Assembly: GCA_964204605.1 (NCBI GenBank)
Contig: OZ123195.1
Location: forward strand, 120,968 to 184,967
DNA: 64,000 nucleotides
From: Bacteroidota bacterium
Lineage (GTDB): Bacteria > Bacteroidota > Ignavibacteria > Kapaibacteriales > UBA961
Direction of reading: 5' to 3'
The position numbers and the translations under genes are program-made. The notes beneath the pieces were generated by a model. That model was given only the letters and a program-made list of their open reading frames with translations. It was not told the origin of the DNA and made no database searches. This document shows, one piece after another, positions 8,692 to 19,201 of the stretch (position 1 is the first letter of the stretch; every line of letters begins with the position of its first letter).

Positions 8692-10866
8692 ATGAGTCCT
8701 GCTAAAAAGAAAATTTCCAAGCAGAAAGAAGATATAAGCGATTCACAATCCCAATTATCAATGGAATTTGCGTTTTCACCGCAAAGAATCAGATTGATAC
8801 TTATTTTTATTTGCTCTATATATTGTATTGCAGCAATTAGATTGTTTTATATTCAAATTATCAAGGGCGGTGAATATCAACAAAAAGCGAGACTACAATA
8901 TGAGATTGTCGTTCAAATGATTCCACAAAGGGGACAGATATTTGATAGGAATGGAAGAGTGATAGCAATGAGTGTAAACGGTTTTTCTTATGCATTAGAT
9001 GCCAAAATGATAAAAAATAAAAAGGCAATTATTACAGCATTTAATCAAGTAACCGGAGATACTACAGGATATTATGAAAGCTTAATAATGAATGCAAAAT
9101 CCTCTTTTACTTATATAATTAGGGGCATGACTTCTAGACATAAAATTATTGACTCGATAAAAGATCCTGGCTTTATAAGATTATCAGAACCAAAAAGAAG
9201 ATATGTATACGGCTCTGCAGGAGCCCAGGTAATTGGATATGCTAATATAGATAATATTGGAGTGTCTGGAATAGAATTGCATCTTGACTCTTTATTGCAG
9301 GGTAAAAAAGATTCTGTAGCCATGAAAAGGGACGCTGTGGGGAATTTATATCCAACTGTTGAAATGTCTGATAAACATATAGTGAAGGGAGATAATGTAG
9401 CTTTAACATTGGATATAGAATTACAAAGAATCGCGGAGTATGAATTGGCAGAAGGTATTATGGAGTCTCATGCCGAAGGTGGAACAGTTATCGCCATACA
9501 TCCTGCAACTGGCGAAGTATTAGCTATGGCATCTTATCCAACTTTCGACCCCAATCATAATAATAATATACTCCCCGAAGCTATGCGCTTGCAGGGTATA
9601 ACAGATATTTATGAGCCGGGTTCAACTTTTAAGCTCATTACTGCATGCGCCTTGATTGAAGAAGGAATCTTAAAACCGGACTCTAAAGTTAATGGAATGG
9701 GAGGTTCCTATCGTATTGGTAATTATGAGATAAAAGATTCGCATCCAATGTATAAAATGTCTTTTTCGGAAGCATTAGAACAATCTAGCAATATAGTATT
9801 TGCAAAAAATTCTGATAATCTATCTTCTGATAAATTTTATAAATATGCTCGTGATTTTGGTTTCGGGATTTTTCTTGGTATCGATTTGCCTGGTGAGGTT
9901 TCTGGTATTTTAAAAAAGCCTTCTGCATTTGATGCTTCTACAAAAAGATTTATGGCTTATGGTTATGAATTAGGTGCTACTGCATTGCAAGTAGTTAATG
10001 CATATGCCACAGTGGCAAATCGTGGCATAATGATGAGGCCATATGTAATAAAATCGATTATTGATAATGATGGTGGAACTATCATGTATAATAAACCTCA
10101 AAGAATTCGATCTGTTATTTCTAACAAAACGTCTATGATAGTAAAAGATATGCTGTGTGGAGTTGTTGACAGGGGAACTGGACAAGAAGCAAAAATTGAT
10201 GGTATTCGTATTGCAGGAAAAACAGGAACTGCCCAACAGTTAATTGATGGTAAATATTCTAAACAAGCATATACTGCCTCATTTGCTGGTTTTTTTCCTG
10301 CTGATAATCCTAAAATTGCAATGATAGTAATGTTGCACAGACCTAAAACAGATATTTATGGTGGCAAAACAGCTGCTCCAATATTTAGAAAGATTGCTCA
10401 AAAATGGATAACTGCGTCTAAATTACCCATTAATGAAAATCTAACAGATCAAGAACTTATGCAAAGTAAATTAATTGATAGTGCATTGGTTCCTGACTTA
10501 AGAGGTATTTCAGTAAAAAAAGCCCGAGAAATGGTTCATTCTATTGGTTTGCGTTTACCCAGAAATGCAGAAGGAATCATTATAGAACAATATGTGCCTA
10601 AAGGGTTTTGGCTGAAAAAAGGGACAGATATTCCAATTAAAACTGGTGATGCTTCTAAGAAAAAAACTATTGTACTCTCTGATAATTCTCAAAAAAATAG
10701 TCCTAGTAATCCATTAAGGCCAAATGTTAAGGGTATGAGTGTTCGCAGGGCTATGTCTGTATTGCATGCGGCTGGCTATCAAGTCAGAGTAATTGGCCAA
10801 GGAAAAGTGATAGGGCAAGTATATAATAAGGCAGGCAAAAAAGAATGTATTTTAAGTTGTGAATAA
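8692..10866 (+). CDS. Class B penicillin-binding protein (FtsI/PBP2-type transpeptidase) with two C-terminal PASTA-like domains
   Basis: N-terminal TM anchor. Motifs SxxK (GSTFK), SxN (SSN) and KTG (KTGTA). C-terminal VPDLRGISVKKAREMV... and PNVKGMSVRRAMSVLHAAGYQV... resemble PASTA repeats. Confidence 0.85.
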   Translation: MSPAKKKISKQKEDISDSQSQLSMEFAFSPQRIRLILIFICSIYCIAAIRLFYIQIIKGGEYQQKARLQYEIVVQMIPQRGQIFDRNGRVIAMSVNGFSYALDAKMIKNKKAIITAFNQVTGDTTGYYESLIMNAKSSFTYIIRGMTSRHKIIDSIKDPGFIRLSEPKRRYVYGSAGAQVIGYANIDNIGVSGIELHLDSLLQGKKDSVAMKRDAVGNLYPTVEMSDKHIVKGDNVALTLDIELQRIAEYELAEGIMESHAEGGTVIAIHPATGEVLAMASYPTFDPNHNNNILPEAMRLQGITDIYEPGSTFKLITACALIEEGILKPDSKVNGMGGSYRIGNYEIKDSHPMYKMSFSEALEQSSNIVFAKNSDNLSSDKFYKYARDFGFGIFLGIDLPGEVSGILKKPSAFDASTKRFMAYGYELGATALQVVNAYATVANRGIMMRPYVIKSIIDNDGGTIMYNKPQRIRSVISNKTSMIVKDMLCGVVDRGTGQEAKIDGIRIAGKTGTAQQLIDGKYSKQAYTASFAGFFPADNPKIAMIVMLHRPKTDIYGGKTAAPIFRKIAQKWITASKLPINENLTDQELMQSKLIDSALVPDLRGISVKKAREMVHSIGLRLPRNAEGIIIEQYVPKGFWLKKGTDIPIKTGDASKKKTIVLSDNSQKNSPSNPLRPNVKGMSVRRAMSVLHAAGYQVRVIGQGKVIGQVYNKAGKKECILSCE

Positions 10867-11796
10867 TTAACCCCTTGGATGAAAAGTTCTATGAACTTCT
10901 CTAATAAACTCCCTGTCTAGATGAGTATAGATTTGAGTTGTGCTGATATCAGAATGACCAAGCATTTCTTGCAAAGCTCTTAAATCAGCACCTCCCTCTA
11001 GTAAATGTGTTGCAAAGGAATGTCTAAATGTATGAGGATGTACATGTTTGTCAATTCCAGCCAAAGAAACTGAACAGGAAACAATATTCCATATGCTCAT
11101 TCTTGATAATCCTCTTCCTTTTTGATTTAAAAAAAGAATATCATCAGTTGAAACACCAGATTTCATGAAATGAGGTCTGATGTCATGTTGATATCTCTGA
11201 ATCCAACCTAATGCTGTTTCTCCAACAGGGACAATTCTTTCTTTAGACCCTTTGCCAAAAACTCTTATCATTTCTTGAGGAAATAGAATATCTCTTTGTT
11301 TCACATTGCATAATTCAGAAACTCTTAAGCCTGATGCATACAGTAATTCTAAAATCGCTTTGTCTCTCATTCCAGCTTTTGTTTCGATGTCTGGTTGATC
11401 TAAGATTAAAAATATTTCTTGAATAGACAAGGTATCTGGCAATAACCGTTTTGATTTAGGTAATTCAGCTTTTTCTGTTATATCATGATCAATCACTTTA
11501 TTTGAAAACAGAAAAGTAAAAAATCCACGAATTGACGATAGATTCCGGGATCGTGAGCTTAAGGCTAAACCAATTTCTTCTAATAGAGCTAAAAATTGGT
11601 TTAGGTGTTGAATGGTTATATCATTAAAAGAAGAGATATCTTTTTGCTGAGAAAATTCTGCAAATCTAGATATATCAAAAATATAGGCGTTCAATGTATT
11701 ATCACTGACGCCTTTTTCGAAAGTCAAATATCTTTTATATGAAGTAATATCTTTAATCAGAGAATGCGCCAGCTTATTTTTTGTTTCGCTGCTCAT
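10867..11796 (-). CDS. xerD: Tyrosine site-specific recombinase XerD/XerC type
   Basis: ASGLRVSEL...HPHTFRHSFATHLLEGGADLRALQEMLGHSDISTTQIYTH carries the R-H-R-Y catalytic signature with Xer-like length and N-terminal SAM-like domain. Confidence 0.75.
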   Translation of the reverse strand: MSSETKNKLAHSLIKDITSYKRYLTFEKGVSDNTLNAYIFDISRFAEFSQQKDISSFNDITIQHLNQFLALLEEIGLALSSRSRNLSSIRGFFTFLFSNKVIDHDITEKAELPKSKRLLPDTLSIQEIFLILDQPDIETKAGMRDKAILELLYASGLRVSELCNVKQRDILFPQEMIRVFGKGSKERIVPVGETALGWIQRYQHDIRPHFMKSGVSTDDILFLNQKGRGLSRMSIWNIVSCSVSLAGIDKHVHPHTFRHSFATHLLEGGADLRALQEMLGHSDISTTQIYTHLDREFIREVHRTFHPRG

Positions 11797-11805
11797 TCTG
11801 ATCCT

Positions 11806-13290
<1,485 letters not shown>

Positions 13291-13457
13291 TTAAAGTAAA
13301 AAGTTGGTCTTTAACATAGATAAAAACAATGTTATTGGTGCAATTTAGTGAATATCTCATATCTTTCCTTGTAAACAAGTGAACGAATTTACATTGTAAT
13401 CCGTTATACAACTTTTGTTTGGTTCTAAGTTTTTCCAAAATTTGAGTTCCGTATTGT

Positions 13458-13907
13458 ATGAATGACATTCAATCATTATATCAGCAAGTTATTTTAGACC
13501 ACAATAAAAACCCAAGAAATTTTGGTCCATTGCTATCTGCAAATCATTCTGCAGATGGTTTAAATCCTCTTTGTGGTGATGATATTACGGTGCATCTTTT
13601 GATTGAGAATGACATAATAAAAGAAATTTCATTTGAAGGTTCTGGTTGTGCAATTGCTAAGTCTTCTGCTTCTATCATGACAACCGTTCTAAAAGGAAAG
13701 ACAATTGAACAAGCAGAACAATTATTTGCTGATTTCCATTTTGTTGTTACTGCACCTATGGATGCTGAATTAAACGAGGACTCACTAGGTAAAATGGCTG
13801 TTTTTACTGGCGTCAGAGAATTCCCAGCTCGTGTTAAATGCGCTTCATTGGCATGGCATACTATGCAATCTGCTTTACATGGTAAAAATATTACTTCAAC
13901 TGAATAA
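13458..13907 (+). CDS. sufU: SUF-type Fe-S assembly sulfur-transfer/scaffold protein SufU (NifU-like N-terminal domain)
   Basis: YQQVILDHNKNPRN, NPLCGD, GSGCAIAKSSAS and RVKCASLAW give three conserved Cys in SufU spacing. Confidence 0.8.
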   Translation: MNDIQSLYQQVILDHNKNPRNFGPLLSANHSADGLNPLCGDDITVHLLIENDIIKEISFEGSGCAIAKSSASIMTTVLKGKTIEQAEQLFADFHFVVTAPMDAELNEDSLGKMAVFTGVREFPARVKCASLAWHTMQSALHGKNITSTE

Positions 13908-13920
13908 TACATTATAAATT

Positions 13921-14307
13921 ATGAATACTTTTGTACCTCTCAGATTAGACGATAAAGAAAATCATATAAAGCCTGCTCTTGTGATTGATACTTCAGATTC
14001 TGCTTCTATAGAAGATAACATCATTGCAGCTATAAAAACTGTTTTTGATCCTGAAATTCCAGTTGATATTTATGCTCTTGGTTTGATTTATAGCGTAAAA
14101 TACGATGCCGAAAGCCAAAAAGCTGACATTGTTATGACATTAACATCTCCAGGTTGTTTTGCAGCGGGTATGATTCCTGGGCAAGTTGAACAAGCGGCAC
14201 TTCAGGTTGCAGACGTTAAAAGTGTGCATGTTGAATTAACATTTGATCCCCCTTGGGATAAAGAAATGATGAGCGAAGCTGCAAAGCTTGAATTAGGATT
14301 TTGGTAA
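13921..14307 (+). CDS. sufT: DUF59 / SufT-like Fe-S assembly protein
   Basis: VFDPEIPVDIYALGLIY...LTSPGC...DPPWDKEMMSEAAKLELG is typical of the SUF-associated DUF59 family. Confidence 0.7.
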   Translation: MNTFVPLRLDDKENHIKPALVIDTSDSASIEDNIIAAIKTVFDPEIPVDIYALGLIYSVKYDAESQKADIVMTLTSPGCFAAGMIPGQVEQAALQVADVKSVHVELTFDPPWDKEMMSEAAKLELGFW

Positions 14308-14345
14308 ATTAATATTACTTTTCTTTTATTTTTTTTAGATTTTGA

Positions 14346-15395
14346 ATGGCACTTGAATTTTATCCTGTCAAGGTTTCTCATATTAAAAGGCTTACCGATG
14401 CAGCAGTTGCTATAAGCTTTGATATTCCTGAAGAACTCAAACAAGTTTTTGCTTATCTCCCCGGACAATACATTACGATTCGATTGAATATTAATGGCCA
14501 AACTGTAAATAGAGCCTATTCATTATGTAGTAGCCCACATAGTGATAACTCATTAACAATTGGTGTAAAACAAACTGAGCATGGACTTGTTTCTACATAT
14601 ATTAATAAATATCTTCAAGTTGGTGACTCTGTAGAATTAATGCCTCCCAATGGTAATTTCAAGGTAGATATTAATTCTAATGCAATCACTTCTTATGTAT
14701 TGATTGCTGGTGGAAGTGGTATAACTCCATTATTATCAATAACAAAAAGTGTATTGCAACAACAATTAGATGCGAAAATTTTATTGATTTATGGAAATAG
14801 AGATACATCTTCTATTATGTTCTTTGAAGACTTAGAACTATTAAAAGATACATATTCAGATAGATTTACTCTGATTGATATCCTTGAATATACAGATGGT
14901 GATAATAAAGGAATTTTATCTCTAGAATTATTAAGTACTTTATTAACTGATTCATTCCTATCTTCCTGTCATTATTATTTGTGTGGTCCACAACAAGTAA
15001 TGAATAATGCAGAAGCAGTATTACATGCACAGAATATTGAAAGTTCATATATCCATCGTGAATACTTTACTGCTCCGATAACTCAATCTAATGAGCAAGT
15101 TTCATCGATTGAGCCTACAGATTTTACCATTCATGTAAAGCTGTATGGAAAGGAATATGATATAGAGGTAGAGTCTCAGGATAGTATACTTGAAGCTGGT
15201 ATCAAGAATAATATAGACCCTCCGTATGCCTGTCAAATTGCTGCATGTTGTACATGTAGAGCAAAGCTAAGAAGTGGAAAAGTTCATATGGAAAGTAGAG
15301 AAGCATTAACAGATGATGAAATTGAAGAAGGATATATTCTAACATGTCAAGCACATCCTTTAACATCAGATGTATTTGTTGATTATGATGGTTAA
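14346..15395 (+). CDS. Ferredoxin-NAD(P)+ reductase with fused C-terminal plant-type 2Fe-2S ferredoxin (PaaE/PaaK-like)
   Basis: RAYSLCS (FAD RxYS), GGSGITPLLS (NAD), CGP, and C-x4-C-x2-C...C (CQIAACCTC...LTCQA). Confidence 0.8.
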   Translation: MALEFYPVKVSHIKRLTDAAVAISFDIPEELKQVFAYLPGQYITIRLNINGQTVNRAYSLCSSPHSDNSLTIGVKQTEHGLVSTYINKYLQVGDSVELMPPNGNFKVDINSNAITSYVLIAGGSGITPLLSITKSVLQQQLDAKILLIYGNRDTSSIMFFEDLELLKDTYSDRFTLIDILEYTDGDNKGILSLELLSTLLTDSFLSSCHYYLCGPQQVMNNAEAVLHAQNIESSYIHREYFTAPITQSNEQVSSIEPTDFTIHVKLYGKEYDIEVESQDSILEAGIKNNIDPPYACQIAACCTCRAKLRSGKVHMESREALTDDEIEEGYILTCQAHPLTSDVFVDYDG

Positions 15396-15465
15396 TCAGT
15401 TTACAGAATTGTATGTTGCTTCATTCTAAATCTATCTAATTATCTACATCTTTTTTTCATCAATT

Positions 15466-17271
15466 ATGTATAATTCCATGAAAAACAATACGAAAGTGTA
15501 TGCTTTTATTATCCTTTTCAGTTGTGTAATCATAACTAAGGTTAATGCAGATATTTCTGATAATCTTAAAAATCATATAAAATATCTTGCATCAGAGGAA
15601 TTGGCTGGTCGCGGAACTGGAACCGATGGGAATAAGAAAGCTGCCGAATATATTGTATCTCAATTCCAAAAAATTGGTATTAAGCCTTGGAAAAATGCCA
15701 AAAATTATTTTCAAGAATTCAGCGTAATAACCGATGTGCAGAAAGAGTCAGATGGGAATATGGCTGCAATCTATTCACCTATTCATATGTCTGAACTTAA
15801 TACCACAATAGGCTATACTCCACTTTCTATAAGTGATAATGGATCTGCCCAAGGAAAAGTTGTTTTTGTAGGTTTTGGGATTTCTTCATCTGCTGACAAA
15901 TATGATGACTATGAAGGTGTAGATGTTAAAAATGCGATTGTACTTGTATTAAGGGGAGCTCCAGATTTAGATAATCCTCATGGTACTATTATGCAACATG
16001 CTGGAATTCGCTCTAAAGTTATGAATGCCAAAGAAAAAGGTGCAGCAGGTATTGTAATTATATCTGGGGCAAAATATCCTGACTCTTTGATGCCACTCAA
16101 ATGGGAACAAGGCGGAAAGGTTGAAGGAATGCCAGTTATACAAATTTCAAGGATAGCTTTAGAAGAGAATATTCAGAATCTTAAAATCCTAGAATTAGAA
16201 AAGCACATTAATTCTTCAAAAAAAACTTACAGTAAAGAAATACCAAATTCAGAGATTTCATTTTCTGTCAATCTTAAACAAATATCTGTTAAAACCTCAA
16301 ATGTTATTGGATATCTACCGGGTACAGATCTCACAAAAGCAGGGGAATTTATTGTATGTGGTGCTCATTATGACCATCTTGGATTTGGTGGTGAAGGTTC
16401 TGGAACGCTTTCTGGCAAAAATGATTTAGCAATCCATTATGGTGCAGATGATAATGCTTCGGGAACAGCAGGGCTTTTAGAATTAGCTTCTTTACTTAAA
16501 AATCGTCCTTTATCTAGACCAGTCTTATTTATAGGTTTTACTGCAGAAGAAAGAGGTTTACTGGGTTCAGCATTTTACGTAAAAAATCCATTATTTAGTT
16601 TAGATAGTGTTGTATTTATGCTCAATATGGATATGATAGGTAGATTAACAGATAAGAAAATAAATATTGGAGGAATAGGTACATCATCTATATTAAAACC
16701 ATTAATTGACTCTTTAGGAAAAGAGTTCGATTTTAAGGTATCAACCACCGAAGATGGTTTTGGGCCAAGTGATCATGCTTCATTTTATAGCAAAGATAAA
16801 CCTGTTCTATTTTTCTTTACCGGACTTCATAGCGACTATCACCGCCCTTCAGATACTTGGGATAAAATTAATTATGAAGGTGAAACAGCAATTATAAAAA
16901 TGGCAAATTCTACATTAGACTTTATAGGTAATTCACCCAAAAAACCAGATTTTATTAAAGTGAAGTCAAGTCCTCAAGCCGGACAATCTATGTCATTTAG
17001 AGTGTCTTTAGGGATTACTCCAGATTATAGCGATCATCCCAAAGGAATGCATATCACTGGAGTGAGAGATGGTGGTCCGGGTGGTAAGGCTGGTTTAGCT
17101 AGTGATGATATCATTATCAAGTTAGGGGATACCCAAGTAAAAAATGTATATGACTATACCTATGCTCTTGGAAAATTCAAAGCCGGTGATAAAACAAGTG
17201 TAACGGTATTGCGCGGGCCAAAAGAAGACAAAGAATTTGTATTACAAGTAGAATTTGATGCCCAAAAATAG
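15466..17271 (+). CDS. Secreted M28-family aminopeptidase with PA insert and C-terminal PDZ domain
   Basis: Signal peptide. HYDHLG, GADDNASG, TAEERGLLGS, NMDMIG and SDH metal-ligand motifs. C-terminal GGPGGKAGLASDDIIIKLGD is PDZ-like. Confidence 0.8.
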   Translation: MYNSMKNNTKVYAFIILFSCVIITKVNADISDNLKNHIKYLASEELAGRGTGTDGNKKAAEYIVSQFQKIGIKPWKNAKNYFQEFSVITDVQKESDGNMAAIYSPIHMSELNTTIGYTPLSISDNGSAQGKVVFVGFGISSSADKYDDYEGVDVKNAIVLVLRGAPDLDNPHGTIMQHAGIRSKVMNAKEKGAAGIVIISGAKYPDSLMPLKWEQGGKVEGMPVIQISRIALEENIQNLKILELEKHINSSKKTYSKEIPNSEISFSVNLKQISVKTSNVIGYLPGTDLTKAGEFIVCGAHYDHLGFGGEGSGTLSGKNDLAIHYGADDNASGTAGLLELASLLKNRPLSRPVLFIGFTAEERGLLGSAFYVKNPLFSLDSVVFMLNMDMIGRLTDKKINIGGIGTSSILKPLIDSLGKEFDFKVSTTEDGFGPSDHASFYSKDKPVLFFFTGLHSDYHRPSDTWDKINYEGETAIIKMANSTLDFIGNSPKKPDFIKVKSSPQAGQSMSFRVSLGITPDYSDHPKGMHITGVRDGGPGGKAGLASDDIIIKLGDTQVKNVYDYTYALGKFKAGDKTSVTVLRGPKEDKEFVLQVEFDAQK

Positions 17272-17628
17272 CTAGAATGCGCATTTAAGATGTCTTATAC
17301 ATTTGGCCCCATCAGCAAAATCTATTGCTATTACATCGAATCTACATTCTTTATCTGAAATTTTTCGAATATATAGAAAACCCTCAGCAGCTCGTCTGAG
17401 GGTTTTTATTTTTTTTTGAGTAATAGAGCTTTCAGGGGTTCCATAATTGTAGGTATTCCTGTATTTCACTTCTACAAAAACCAGAGTATTATTATCATCA
17501 CAGATAATATCGATTTCTCCATATTTTCCAAAATGAAAGTTTTTCTGAATAATTGAATATCCCAATGACTCAAGAAAATCAGAAGCTATCTTTTCTGCTT
17601 TATATCCGATGTCTCTATTATTTTCCAC
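17272..17628 (-). CDS. yraN: YraN-family (UPF0102) endonuclease
   Basis: GYKAEKIASDFLESLGYSIIQKNF..GEIDIIC...LVFVEVKYR is the family signature. Confidence 0.85.
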   Translation of the reverse strand: MENNRDIGYKAEKIASDFLESLGYSIIQKNFHFGKYGEIDIICDDNNTLVFVEVKYRNTYNYGTPESSITQKKIKTLRRAAEGFLYIRKISDKECRFDVIAIDFADGAKCIRHLKCAF

Positions 17629-17652
17629 GTATTTCCCCTGAATTATAATTAC

Positions 17653-19083
17653 TTATACAACTGTTCCTATTAGTGTAGCACTTGTAGCTCTAGCAATTTT
17701 AACTTTGATATAATCACCAACAATATAGGCTAGATTTTCATTTTGAGGGAATATCACTGTTTTATTTGTATCCGATCTACCTTGCCATTCTAGTGGATTT
17801 TTTTTACTTGGGCCTTCAACTAATACTGTTTCGATAGTTCCAATTGTTTGTTGATTGATTTCATATGAAATCTGATTTTGTTGATGAATTATCTCATTTA
17901 ATCGTGAAATTTTCAATGTATCTGGTATATCATCACCCATTTTCCAAGCTTTGGTTCTTTCTCTTGGTGAATATTTGAACATATAAGCCCCATCATATCG
18001 AACAATCTTCATGAGTTCCATTGTAGCTTGATGATCTTCATCGGTTTCTGTTGGGAATCCAGTAATAATATCTGTAGACAAAGCACATCCTGGCATTAAT
18101 TCTTTGATCTTGGCTATTCTTTCATAATAATGTTCAATTGGATGAGTACGATTCATAAGATGTAGAATGCGATTAGATCCTGATTGAACTGGAAGATGAA
18201 TGTATTTGCAAATATTATCAAATTCTGCCATGGTTTCAATTAATTGATCGCTCATATCTTGAGGATGAGAAGTTGTATATCGAATTCTCATATGAGGAAC
18301 TGCTTTTGCACAAGCCCTAAGTAATTCTGCAAAATTATTTCCTGAATGTTCATCCATATAGCTGTTTACATTTTGTCCAAGCAATGTAACTTCTTTAAAA
18401 CCTGCATCATACAATGATGTAACTTCTTGAATTATAGATGAATATGCTCTTGATCTTTCTCTTCCACGAGTAAAAGGAACAATACAATATGTACAAAACT
18501 TATCGCATCCTCTCATGATTGAAACCCAAGCACTTATACCTTCGGTACGGAAAGGTAAAATATCATCATAAGTTTCTACTCTGCTTAATTTTACTGCTAT
18601 ACCGCGTTCTCCGCCAAAAGCTTTTTCTACTAATTCAGGAACAGAACGATATTCGTCTGGTCCAATGACGATATCTACTAATTCTTTTTCAAGCAAATTC
18701 TCTCGTAAACGTTCGGCCATGCAACCCAATACACCAACAACTAAATCTTTATTCTTTTTTTTGTAATATTTAAGATGATTTAAGCGTTCATGAATTTTCT
18801 TTTCTGCATTGTCCCTAATTGCGCATGTATTGATAAGGATAATATCAGCATTATCTGGAGTATTTGTTAAAGAATAACCTTTTTTATGCATTACTCCTTG
18901 CACAATTTCAGTGTCATTAACATTCATTTGACAGCCATATGTTTCCACATATAATAATGGCTGATTCGCTAATAATGGAATATCGCTATCCATCAATGAA
19001 ATAGTATCTTGTTTAGGGTTCTGAAGTATAGGTAATTCAAGCATATACAGTAATTTAATGAGTGACAATAAAAAGGTATGCAA
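17653..19083 (-). CDS. miaB: tRNA-i6A37 methylthiotransferase
   Basis: UPF0004 N-domain (YVETYGCQMN), radical-SAM CDKFCTYCIVP and a TRAM C-terminus. The true start is probably an internal Met (the N-terminal about 30 aa look non-native). Confidence 0.9.
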   Translation of the reverse strand: MHTFLLSLIKLLYMLELPILQNPKQDTISLMDSDIPLLANQPLLYVETYGCQMNVNDTEIVQGVMHKKGYSLTNTPDNADIILINTCAIRDNAEKKIHERLNHLKYYKKKNKDLVVGVLGCMAERLRENLLEKELVDIVIGPDEYRSVPELVEKAFGGERGIAVKLSRVETYDDILPFRTEGISAWVSIMRGCDKFCTYCIVPFTRGRERSRAYSSIIQEVTSLYDAGFKEVTLLGQNVNSYMDEHSGNNFAELLRACAKAVPHMRIRYTTSHPQDMSDQLIETMAEFDNICKYIHLPVQSGSNRILHLMNRTHPIEHYYERIAKIKELMPGCALSTDIITGFPTETDEDHQATMELMKIVRYDGAYMFKYSPRERTKAWKMGDDIPDTLKISRLNEIIHQQNQISYEINQQTIGTIETVLVEGPSKKNPLEWQGRSDTNKTVIFPQNENLAYIVGDYIKVKIARATSATLIGTVV

Positions 19084-19201
19084 ATATAATAAATAGGCCT
19101 TCGATATCTCTTAATTGATTATCTCATTATGATTTATTCATCAGTACACTTAATCATAAATAAATGTTATTTTTGTTACACTATTACTTTTAGTTAGACA
19201 T

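Noticed and set aside
10867-11796. Tyrosine recombinase as a marker of an integrated mobile element, and tRNA-Leu as an integration site
   Set aside because: The recombinase has XerC/D-type length and motifs and is flanked by guaB and a PBP gene. The genes flanking tRNA-Leu (udg, pgm, eno, BNR protein, speB) are core-like. I saw no direct repeat of the tRNA 3' end.
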